From a virus (lineage: Duplodnaviria; Caudoviricetes), in IMG/VR virus record IMGVR_UViG_3300042387_000654, positions 1-30,359 of that record: a DNA stretch of 30,359 nt. One strand, written 5' to 3'. Below the pieces are notes generated by a model, which was given only the letters and a program-made list of their open reading frames with translations, was not told the DNA's origin and searched no databases. Shown here in pieces: positions 16,334-23,794 of this stretch; within the stretch, counting starts at the first letter, position 1, and every line of letters starts with the position of its first letter. Both the position numbers and the translations under genes were made by a program.

Positions 16334-16480
16334 TTAGTAGTTTGCGTAGCGTTCTTCTATTTCTTGAATTCTGTCATTTATTAAATCCAAGATAATGCAG
16401 TAATCTTTTGGGTCATCAAAAAGAGGATTTTCAAAAGCCCTCTTGTACTCTTCCCTGAGTATCTCTAACTCTTTGCTCAT
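16334..16480 (-). CDS. 48-aa hypothetical protein
   Basis: MSKELEILREEYKRAFENPLF...; RBS GAGGGAGAAG. Confidence 0.65.
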   Translation of the reverse strand: MSKELEILREEYKRAFENPLFDDPKDYCIILDLINDRIQEIEERYANY

Positions 16481-16632
16481 TCTTCTCCCTCTTCTTTCAG
16501 TACTCTACCGTTGAAATCACTACTAATTATCTTCCACGCATCTTCTTCCCCAAAGAATAAACTCCAATCCCACCAGCGCGGATCGCCGTCATAGGTCTCT
16601 ATCTCTAGGGTGATAGTCCACTTATCTTTCAT
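16477..16632 (-). CDS. 51-aa Trp-rich hypothetical protein
   Basis: MKDKWTITLEIETYDGDPRWWDW...; ATGA overlaps at both ends. Confidence 0.65.
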   Translation of the reverse strand: MKDKWTITLEIETYDGDPRWWDWSLFFGEEDAWKIISSDFNGRVLKEEGEE

Positions 16633-16814
16633 TTGTTTTCCTCTTGTTCTGTTTTTACTGACACGATTTTAGTCTGGTATTCCACATTGTCTCCCTCACC
16701 GGTGACCGGTTCTTCAACCTGCGCCACGAGCTGCAGGACTAGCATTGAGATTTCCTCATCTGTTAGTTCCTTGTCTGTCAAAAATGAAATCGAAATTGTG
16801 TAGTTGTTGTCCAC
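16629..16814 (-). CDS. 61-aa acidic hypothetical protein
   Basis: GTG at 16814 behind GGGAGG (start revised from 16937). Confidence 0.6.
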   Translation of the reverse strand: MDNNYTISISFLTDKELTDEEISMLVLQLVAQVEEPVTGEGDNVEYQTKIVSVKTEQEENK

Positions 16815-16990
16815 TAGTTGAGCCTCCCTCTGTTGTTGACTAGTTGCCTTGCCAAGCCTATCGCCTCTCGTTTCGTATAGCCAGCAAATATGCGTTCCCC
16901 AAGGTCTCTCTCTCCCTCGTAGGCTCGGACACGCCAAAACCCTCCGAGGATATTGTTGCCATCTTTTTCTGCTACCAGCTGAATTTTCAT
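16814..16990 (-). CDS. 58-aa hypothetical protein
   Basis: MKIQLVAEKDG...FAGYTKREAIGLAR...; RBS AAAGGTG; TAGTG overlap with the next gene. Confidence 0.65.
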   Translation of the reverse strand: MKIQLVAEKDGNNILGGFWRVRAYEGERDLGERIFAGYTKREAIGLARQLVNNRGRLN

Positions 16991-17112
16991 TGGTCTAGCA
17001 CCTTTCTATATGCCCTCTCTATCCGAGCTTTTGTACAGGGTGTGCAGATTTTAACAATCTGCCCGTCGTATGGGAACAGGTTGCCACAATCTTGGCAGAC
17101 TACATCTTCCAT
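16987..17112 (-). CDS. 41-aa Zn-finger micro-protein
   Basis: MEDVVCQDCG...ICTPC...; RBS GGAGG. Confidence 0.65.
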   Translation of the reverse strand: MEDVVCQDCGNLFPYDGQIVKICTPCTKARIERAYRKVLDQ

Positions 17113-17330
17113 TATTTAACCTCCGTATTTAGACCGAAAATGAAACCGCCCCCGTTGCCCTCGGGGTCACAACTTATTTGGATCTTCCCTATTTCCCCGT
17201 CCTTAAACTTAATTGTAAAGGTCGGAAAACCCTCTCCAAATTCCTCTTCATCACTCATACCATCAAATGAAAGGATAGTGGCACCAACCAAATCGCCATA
17301 GTATTTTGCGTAGTATTCATTACTAGTCAT
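17112..17330 (-). CDS. Hypothetical protein
   Basis: 72 aa, 'DPEGNGGGF'; TAATG coupling at both ends. Confidence 0.7.
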   Translation of the reverse strand: MTSNEYYAKYYGDLVGATILSFDGMSDEEEFGEGFPTFTIKFKDGEIGKIQISCDPEGNGGGFIFGLNTEVK

Positions 17331-17473
17331 TATGCAACCGCCTCTAGGTAGTAACCGAATTGGGCGTATAGTTTTATTAAACGCTTTACACAGGCAGGGG
17401 TTAGTTCGCCCTCTCCCACTACCTCTTTTGTCTCTATATTAATCAAGCGTGTGTACGCCTTGGCTTTTTTCAC
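17330..17473 (-). CDS. 47-aa hypothetical protein
   Basis: GTG start behind GAGAGGGAGAA; MKKAKAYTRLINIETKEVVGEG... Confidence 0.6.
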   Translation of the reverse strand: MKKAKAYTRLINIETKEVVGEGELTPACVKRLIKLYAQFGYYLEAVA

Positions 17474-17514
17474 CTTGGGTTCTCCCTCTCTCTCTTTATT
17501 TTAGTTTTCCGATT

Positions 17515-17565
17515 AGAAAACTACCCACACCCTGCAACCTGAAAAAAGCTGCAGGGCGTGAGTAG
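17515..17565 (-). terminator. Long intergenic hairpin (terminator or RNase III-type site)
   Basis: Minus strand CTACTCACGCCCTGCAGC / GTTGCAGGGTGTGGGTAG, an 18-bp stem with G-U pairs, followed by TTTTCT. Confidence 0.65.
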
Positions 17566-17569
17566 GTCG

Positions 17570-17671
17570 CTATTCCTTGTGCATAAAGTGCCATAATGAG
17601 GCGGTAATCGCCCCAACTATGACACCCCAAAACGCAAGAACACCGAACAGGGTTATGGCATCTTCCAGCAA
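17570..17671 (-). CDS. 33-aa single-pass membrane micro-protein
   Basis: TTG start behind GGGAGG; MLEDAITLFGVLAFWGVIVGAITASLWHFMHKE. Confidence 0.65.
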   Translation of the reverse strand: MLEDAITLFGVLAFWGVIVGAITASLWHFMHKE

Positions 17672-17710
17672 GGTTTCCTCCCATCTCGGACGGGAGAATT
17701 TCCCCCGACC

Positions 17711-17760
17711 TAGTGCGCCCTCGGGTATCGAACCCGACTAGATAGCCGACCTATGGGCGC
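17711..17760 (-). ncRNA. Minimal tRNA-like element (acceptor stem plus T-arm, no canonical D or anticodon arm)
   Basis: GCGCCC/GGGCGC stem with ACTA 3' end; TCGGG-TTCGATA-CCCGA T-arm; one short internal hairpin. Confidence 0.55.
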
Positions 17761-17767
17761 GAACCTG

Positions 17768-18244
17768 CTATTTAATCAAGAGTTCGCAATCACTTTCCTC
17801 AATGCCTGAGACAACTTTTGGGTGTAGTTCTCGGGTCATAGCCTCAAATGCCTCGCTTGGCCAACCTGAACCGAAAACGCGACGCAACAGAATTGTGAGT
17901 GCGTATTTAGGGTTCGCCTCGGTTGCCTTATCTAGTGCCAAATACGCTTGGGTTGTATCGCCTAGGCGGTAAAGGAAAGAGGCGCGGATTGAGTTAATCG
18001 GTGCAATTTCCTCGGTGATAGTTGTGTCGTTTAGGTAGTTCATAAACGCGAGAACAAGCTCGGGCGTGTGATTTTCTGCAGTAATGCCTAGTGCAAAATC
18101 GCGCAGTTGTATGTCGCGGAGTGAGTGCGCCACGCTATTTTTTAGTGTTGTTTCAACTGTGCCATTCATTTCGAATTCGATTAAAGCATTTCGGAATTCA
18201 TTTACTGCCTGTGCTTGGGTCTTAACTGTTGTTTCCATTTTCAT
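17768..18244 (-). CDS. DUF4192-like protein, first gene of the leftward early operon
   Basis: 'RDIQLRD' and 'AYLALDKATEANPKYALTILLRRVFGSGWP' resemble the C-terminus of actinobacterial DUF4192. Confidence 0.6.
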   Translation of the reverse strand: MKMETTVKTQAQAVNEFRNALIEFEMNGTVETTLKNSVAHSLRDIQLRDFALGITAENHTPELVLAFMNYLNDTTITEEIAPINSIRASFLYRLGDTTQAYLALDKATEANPKYALTILLRRVFGSGWPSEAFEAMTRELHPKVVSGIEESDCELLIK

Positions 18245-18261
18245 TTATTCCTGTTCGGTAA

Positions 18262-18315
18262 TGGGTCGCAGGGTTGCGACCTAGTGAAAATTGTACAGGA
18301 CTATGCCCCATAGTG
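18262..18315 (-). promoter_or_regulatory. Putative early promoter with operator-like palindrome and 5' hairpin
   Basis: TACAAT at 18295-18290; ACTATG-CCC-CATAGT palindrome at 18300-18314; GGTCGCA/TGCGACC hairpin right after the predicted start. Confidence 0.5.
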
Positions 18316-18339
18316 AGGACATTTCCCAGGGTAATTTTC

Positions 18340-18790
18340 CAGGGGAAATTTCGCCCTGGTGGTTCGCCCTGGTGGTTGGTTTCAGCTGGGTTTCGGGGTC
18401 GGTTCGCCTTGGTCAATTTCAAAATGGATCCAAATTCGGTCAGGGCTTGGGGCTTGGGTCGGCTCGGGTTACGAGCTGCAACAAGCTGCAACAGGTCAGG
18501 TCAGGTCGGGTCGGTTGCCTTGGTTGGCAGGGCTTGGGGTTGCCTCGGTTGAGTTGGGTCACCGGTTCGGGTCGGTCGGTCGGGTGCCTTGGGTCAGGGG
18601 TCGGGCTAGTAATCGGCTCGGGTTGGCAGGTCATCAGGTCGGGCAGGTTGGGGAATTGTTAAGGGGTCGCGGTCGGAGTATTAAGTCTTGGGGGTGCCGA
18701 ATAAGTAGCAAGCCCGAACAGTTGTTCGAACCGCGCAGAACAGCGCAGGGCAGGGGGGGCAGGGCGCAGAACAGGCACCGCCAGCCAAAA
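18340..18790. repeat. G/T-skewed low-complexity non-coding region with short tandem repeats (candidate origin, terminus or packaging region)
   Basis: Many GGTCGG/GGGTT/GGTCA units; TTCGCCCTGGTGG x2 (18350-18375); AGCTGCAACA x2 (18474-18493); GCGCAGAACAG x2; lies between the divergent early and terminase operons. Confidence 0.7.
18714..18729. promoter_or_regulatory. LexA (SOS) box, Gram-positive/actinobacterial type
   Basis: CCGAAC-AGTT-GTTCGA versus consensus TCGAAC-N4-GTTCGA. Confidence 0.6.
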
Positions 18791-18906
18791 AACGCGCACC
18801 CCCCATTGTTGAAATGTACACGGTACTACTCTGTGTACCGTCACAAAAAATATTTGCTAAAGTGAAATGCAGTACTTTCAAGCTTCTGACCTGCGGTTTT
18901 ATATAC

Positions 18907-18922
18907 TGTGATACAACTCACA
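18907..18922. promoter_or_regulatory. CRP/GlxR-type binding site
   Basis: TGTGA-TACAAC-TCACA is a perfect TGTGA-N6-TCACA. Confidence 0.6.
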
Positions 18923-19198
18923 TTCCAAAAACGAGAAATGCGTTAAATTTCCTGCCTTATATATAGTAAGGGGCTTTAATAGGAAAGACCCTGAGCAGTT
19001 AACGGTTGGCCTCTAGCGAGGCCCCTAGGCCGAGCACTAACTTACCCCTCAGTTCGCTGTGGCTCCTTCGGGCGCTAAGCCCGAGCTGCCTAGTACTTTT
19101 AGTGGGGATAGCTCTATCTACTGGTAGATAAAACCTTCCTCGCCTAGTATAAAAATAAACCGATTCCGGCCGGTCCCCAATAAATTTTAGGAGATCAC

Positions 19199-21058
19199 GT
19201 GGCTGACAATAGTGCTGATATCGCCAAGAGAATCATCCTTGGTTGTGTAGCAGAGGGTATGACCATCGAGCAGGCTTGTGCCTCAGCTGGCAAATCCATT
19301 AAGACTTACGAGTACTACCGACGTACCGATAAGGTCTTTACAGACAAGGTTGACCGAACACGCCTTGGTCTTAAAGACAAGTCCTTTGCAACATCCGATG
19401 TCCACGACATTACCTTTGCCGAGTTCCGCCAGAAGTTCCTGCACTCCCAGACATTTCCACACCAGCAAAATCTGGTAGATATGATCGAGGGTAGAGAGCC
19501 TGGTTGGCTGCACCCTTCTATGAAGTATGAGCCAGGACTGGCTAGTAATAGAATCCTGATTAACATTCCGCCCAACCACGCCAAGTCAATTACGATCACG
19601 GTTGACTATGTAACGTGGCAGGTAGTACGTAACCCCAACTTTAGAGTTTTGATTGTTTCCCAGACCCAGCAGTTAGCTGCCGACTTTCTCTACGCCATCA
19701 AGCAACGCCTGACTCATCCGATGTATGAATCACTCCAACAGGCTTACGCTGCTGGCGTAGGGTTTAACTCTAAGTCAGCTTCCTGGCAGGCAACCCGCGT
19801 CACCTTTGGTTCCGAGCTTCGTGAGTCTAGCGAAAAAGATCCAAACATCGAAGCTATTGGTATCGGTGGTCAGATCTACGGTAAGCGTGCAGATATGATT
19901 ATCGTAGACGACGCTGTTACCTTAAAGAACGCTAACGAGTTTGAAAAGCAGATTCGCTGGTTAACCCAGGACGTACGATCTCGTTTGAACCCTACGGGCA
20001 AACTTGTAGTAATTGGTACCAGAGTTTCAGCTATGGACCTATACCGCGAGCTGCGTAACGAAGACCGCTACCCTGGTGGATTGGTCCCGTGGAAGTACTT
20101 GGCTATGCCAGCGCTTTTGACTACGCACGAAGACCCTGACAAATGGGAAACCCTTTGGCCTGCTAGCGATGCTCCCTTTGATGGTCAGATGGAATCTGAT
20201 AAGAACGAAGACGGCCTCTACCCTAGATGGAATGGTCGCAACCTTTACAATGAACGCCAAGCTATGGATGCAAGTACCTGGGCTTTGGTGTATCAACAAC
20301 AAGATATCTCAGATGATGCCATCTTTGATCCGGTATGTGTGCGAGGTTCTATAGATGGTATGCGTAAAGCAGGTCGTTTGGTTCCTGGTAACCCAGGCCA
20401 TCCGCGTGATGTTAATGGCTTTTCTTTTATTTGTGGTCTTGATCCCGCTATGGTTGGTGATACAGCCGTCGTTTGTTACGCTGTTGATAGGGTTACACAC
20501 AAACGCTATATCGTTGATGCTATTAAGATCACTAGGCCAACGCCTGCTGCGATACGCCAACTAATCTTTGACTGGACTTCCCTGTACCAGCCCAGTGAGT
20601 GGATAGTAGAAAAAAATGCTTTTCAATCATTCCTTACGCAAGATGAGGGCATCCGCCAAAACCTTGCCTCACGGGGTGTGCTACTGCGAGAACACCATAC
20701 TGGAAACAACAAGTGGGACTCCGGTTTCGGTGTTGCTTCTATGTCCACCTTGTTCGGCACAAAACAGTTTGACGGAAAACACCATCGCGACAACCTTATT
20801 CACTTACCTAGTGACCAAACTGAAAACGTTAAGGCATTAATTGAACAGCTGATTACGTGGTCACCTACTACTAAGGGTAAGACCGATATGGTGATGGCTC
20901 TGTGGTTCTGTGAGATCAGAGCACGCGAGATGCTTAACCAGGGTTTACACAAGACTCATCATATGAAGAATCCTTTTCTATCTCGTTTCGAGGTAGGCAA
21001 ACGAACAGTTGTCAACATAGATGAACTGCTCGCAGAAAAAGATCGCACATTCATCTAA
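19199..21058 (+). CDS. terL: Terminase large subunit with N-terminal HTH extension
   Basis: Walker A-like 'PPNHAKS', Walker B 'IIVDD', 'IGTR' motif III, nuclease 'GLDPA' and 'TDMVMA'; RBS AGGAG. Confidence 0.9.
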   Translation: MADNSADIAKRIILGCVAEGMTIEQACASAGKSIKTYEYYRRTDKVFTDKVDRTRLGLKDKSFATSDVHDITFAEFRQKFLHSQTFPHQQNLVDMIEGREPGWLHPSMKYEPGLASNRILINIPPNHAKSITITVDYVTWQVVRNPNFRVLIVSQTQQLAADFLYAIKQRLTHPMYESLQQAYAAGVGFNSKSASWQATRVTFGSELRESSEKDPNIEAIGIGGQIYGKRADMIIVDDAVTLKNANEFEKQIRWLTQDVRSRLNPTGKLVVIGTRVSAMDLYRELRNEDRYPGGLVPWKYLAMPALLTTHEDPDKWETLWPASDAPFDGQMESDKNEDGLYPRWNGRNLYNERQAMDASTWALVYQQQDISDDAIFDPVCVRGSIDGMRKAGRLVPGNPGHPRDVNGFSFICGLDPAMVGDTAVVCYAVDRVTHKRYIVDAIKITRPTPAAIRQLIFDWTSLYQPSEWIVEKNAFQSFLTQDEGIRQNLASRGVLLREHHTGNNKWDSGFGVASMSTLFGTKQFDGKHHRDNLIHLPSDQTENVKALIEQLITWSPTTKGKTDMVMALWFCEIRAREMLNQGLHKTHHMKNPFLSRFEVGKRTVVNIDELLAEKDRTFI

Positions 21059-21067
21059 GGAGATAAA

Positions 21068-21214
21068 ATGCCAGCAGCAAAGAAGCCAGCAGCTAAAGGG
21101 TCAGTAGCAAAAACTTTTGATACATCAAAGTTAATACCAAAGATGACTCCACAAGATGCAGCAATGCTTAAGATTCTAAAGAAAAAATACGGCGCAGACG
21201 TATACAAGAAGTAA
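21068..21214 (+). CDS. 48-aa Lys-rich protein
   Basis: MPAAKKPAAKGSVAK...; RBS AAGGAG. Confidence 0.65.
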   Translation: MPAAKKPAAKGSVAKTFDTSKLIPKMTPQDAAMLKILKKKYGADVYKK

Positions 21215-21224
21215 GGACTCCACA

Positions 21225-22985
21225 TTGTTATCAGTCAAAGAAGTTGACGCTAAGCTAGCACGCTTACGTACTCGCTCATCAGCGCGAGATCAACGTATGC
21301 GTGATGTGCTTTCGGTGCGTCAGGGAGATATCTCTAAAGTATACCCTGCAATGTTTTCAGAGGAATATCCAAAGCCTCTGGTTGCAAACTTCATTGACGT
21401 AGCAGCACGTGACTTAGCAGAAGCAATGGCACCACTGCCATCCTTTAACTGCTCAGCAACCAATATGGTTTCAGATGCAGCACGCAAAGCTGCAGATACT
21501 AGAACTCGTATTGCAAACTTTTATGTAACAAACTCTGACCTACAACTGCAGATGTACACAGCAGCAGACTGGTATAACACATACGGTCTTGGTATTGCTA
21601 TGGTTGAGATGGACTTTGAGGACAACAACCCTCGTATCCGTATGCTCAATCCATTTGGTACATACCCAGAGTTAGATCGTTATGGTCGTATGTTATCTGT
21701 TACTCAGGTTATTGTTACCGATGCAGAGACACTTGCTTCACAATATCCAGAATATTACGATTTAATTCTAGGCAAAAACCAGTACGCTCTTTCTTCTCCT
21801 TATATCTCAATGGTCAAGTACCACGACAAAGATCAGGATCTGCTCTATTTACCAGAGCGTAAGAACCTTGTTCTATCTCGTACACCTAACGTACTAGGTA
21901 AGCCAATGGGTTCTGTCGTAATGCGTTCTTCACTTGACGGTGAGGCACGTGGACAGTTTGATGATGTTCTATCAGTTCAGTTAGCTCGTGCTCGCTTTGC
22001 AGTATTGCAAATCCAAGCAGCAGAAAAATCTATCCAAGCACCTATTGCTATCCCACAGGATGTGCAAGAACTTGCTCTTGGTCCAGATTCAATTATGCGT
22101 TCTGCTAACCCACAAGGTATTCGTCGCGTTCCATTAGATTTACCACCAGGTATCTTTGCAGAGTCTGGTGTACTAGAGCGTGAACTACGCCTTGGTGCTC
22201 GTTACCCTGAATCTCGTTCAGGCAACATTGACGCATCGGTTGTAACAGGTCGTGGTGTGCAAGCACTACAGGCTGGTTTTGATACACAGATCAAGGCAGC
22301 TCAAGCACAGTTTGCTCGTATGTTCCAAGAACTTATCTCTGTTTGCTTTGAAGCAGATGAAAAAATCTTTGGTGGTATTCCAAAAACCATCAAGGGTTCA
22401 GATGATGGAACACCTTACGTTCTAAAGTACACACCATCTCGTGACATCAAGGGTGAGTACGGCGTAGATGTACGCTACGGAATTATGTCTGGTATGGATC
22501 CAAACCGTGCCATCATTGCTTTACTACAAATGCGTTCAGACAAGCTCGTATCTCGTGACTATGTACGTCGTGAGATTCCAATGGACTTGAATGTTACGCA
22601 GGAGGAACAACGTGTTGATATCGAAGAAATGCGCGATTCTTTGCGCGTGGCTGTTGCTCAGTATGCTCAAGCCATTCCGGCCCTTGCAGCGCAAGGCCAA
22701 GACCCTAGTGAGATTATCACCCGCATTGCGTCTGTTATCCAAGGTCGGCAAAAGGGCCAATCGCTAGAAAGCACAATCGAAAAAGCATTTACACCAGAAC
22801 CACCACCTCCAGCCCCAGAGATGCTACCTATGGCACCAGGTATGGAACAACAACTTCCAGCAGCAGGAGCGGCCCCCGCCCCAGCCTCAGCGCAACCTCC
22901 ACAAGAACAAGGTGGTATGGCCCCTGCTGCTGGTCAACGTCCCGATATAGCCCAACTACTAGCTGGTATCACCGGCGCAGCATAA
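21225..22985 (+). CDS. Portal (head-tail connector) protein
   Basis: 586 aa after terL; helical, with portal-like 'TGRGVQAL...' segment and Pro/Gln/Ala-rich C-terminal tail. Confidence 0.8.
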   Translation: MLSVKEVDAKLARLRTRSSARDQRMRDVLSVRQGDISKVYPAMFSEEYPKPLVANFIDVAARDLAEAMAPLPSFNCSATNMVSDAARKAADTRTRIANFYVTNSDLQLQMYTAADWYNTYGLGIAMVEMDFEDNNPRIRMLNPFGTYPELDRYGRMLSVTQVIVTDAETLASQYPEYYDLILGKNQYALSSPYISMVKYHDKDQDLLYLPERKNLVLSRTPNVLGKPMGSVVMRSSLDGEARGQFDDVLSVQLARARFAVLQIQAAEKSIQAPIAIPQDVQELALGPDSIMRSANPQGIRRVPLDLPPGIFAESGVLERELRLGARYPESRSGNIDASVVTGRGVQALQAGFDTQIKAAQAQFARMFQELISVCFEADEKIFGGIPKTIKGSDDGTPYVLKYTPSRDIKGEYGVDVRYGIMSGMDPNRAIIALLQMRSDKLVSRDYVRREIPMDLNVTQEEQRVDIEEMRDSLRVAVAQYAQAIPALAAQGQDPSEIITRIASVIQGRQKGQSLESTIEKAFTPEPPPPAPEMLPMAPGMEQQLPAAGAAPAPASAQPPQEQGGMAPAAGQRPDIAQLLAGITGAA

Positions 22986-23001
22986 TCAGAGGAGGTGTAA
23001 T

Positions 23002-23145
23002 ATGAACCAAGGATCACGTGCAGCAGCACCAATGTCAAAGCCAGTTGAAGGCAAGAAGGATACCTCCAAGCCAGCAGGACCAGGCAAGGTAGTACCATCA
23101 ATGATGCCAGCAGGACGACGCGGCAACGCAGTCAAAAAAGGGTAA
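23002..23145 (+). CDS. 47-aa basic protein
   Basis: MNQGSRAAAPMSKPVEGKKD...; RBS GGAGG. Confidence 0.65.
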   Translation: MNQGSRAAAPMSKPVEGKKDTSKPAGPGKVVPSMMPAGRRGNAVKKG

Positions 23146-23174
23146 TAACTTTTTAATGAGAGGTGTACTGGGCG

Positions 23175-23390
23175 ATGAAAGATGATAACTATATTCCTCG
23201 TCCAGTACGCTTGCTCGATCTTGTCGTAGTAGGCGTAGGCTTTATACATAACATAGCTTCATCAATAGAAACCTTAACAGGTGAACTAATGGAGTTAGCA
23301 ATTTATCATTCAAATCATCTTACTCAAACCAACAGGGCTTGGGAAGATATGGCAGCAGATTTAGAAAAATTAGAGGAGGACCAACAGTGA
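23175..23390 (+). CDS. Hypothetical protein
   Basis: ATG 23175 behind GAGGTG; GTGA overlap with the next gene. Confidence 0.6.
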   Translation: MKDDNYIPRPVRLLDLVVVGVGFIHNIASSIETLTGELMELAIYHSNHLTQTNRAWEDMAADLEKLEEDQQ

Positions 23391-23794
23391 GTATGATGAA
23401 TCCACTGGCAGGACCAGCAGGTCCAGGCAAGTTCTCTACACGTACAGATAAGTTGGAAATGGGTTCCACAGCATACGGTGAAGGCGTTGAGACACAGGCT
23501 ATTAAGTCAGGTGCTCCGCTATCCAAAACTGCTGATGTACGTCCTGCTCGTGCAGGAGATGTACGCGAAGCAGCAACACAGGAACCAGTAACAGAATTAT
23601 TTTCACCATCACAGCGTCCAGAGGAACCTATAACTTCTGGAATTGATGTGGGCGCAGGACCAGGATCTAATGCAATGATGATGCGTCCTGAAATGATTGA
23701 AAAGTATTCCGATACATTGGCTAAGATGTTGCCATATGATGAATCAGGCGAGATTGCAATTTTGTATCAGGATATGCTTGCTAGAGGTATGTAA
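23387..23794 (+). CDS. Hypothetical virion-associated protein (Gly/Pro-rich)
   Basis: GTG 23387 behind GAGGAG; 'GPGKFSTRTD' and 'PEEPITSG...GAGPG'. Confidence 0.7.
   Translation: MSMMNPLAGPAGPGKFSTRTDKLEMGSTAYGEGVETQAIKSGAPLSKTADVRPARAGDVREAATQEPVTELFSPSQRPEEPITSGIDVGAGPGSNAMMMRPEMIEKYSDTLAKMLPYDESGEIAILYQDMLARGM

Noticed and set aside
17496-17684. 62-aa minus-strand ORF from the track
   Set aside because: It runs through the hairpin and lacks an RBS; the alternative 33-aa TM ORF (17671-17570) has a strong RBS.
17711-17760. Functional tRNA gene
   Set aside because: Only 50 nt, with a 6-bp acceptor stem and no D or anticodon arms; kept as a tRNA-like element only.
18222-18881. Several overlapping ORFs in both orientations
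   Set aside because: They arise from stop-poor low-complexity G/T-rich sequence and give Gly/Arg/Ser-rich translations without RBS.
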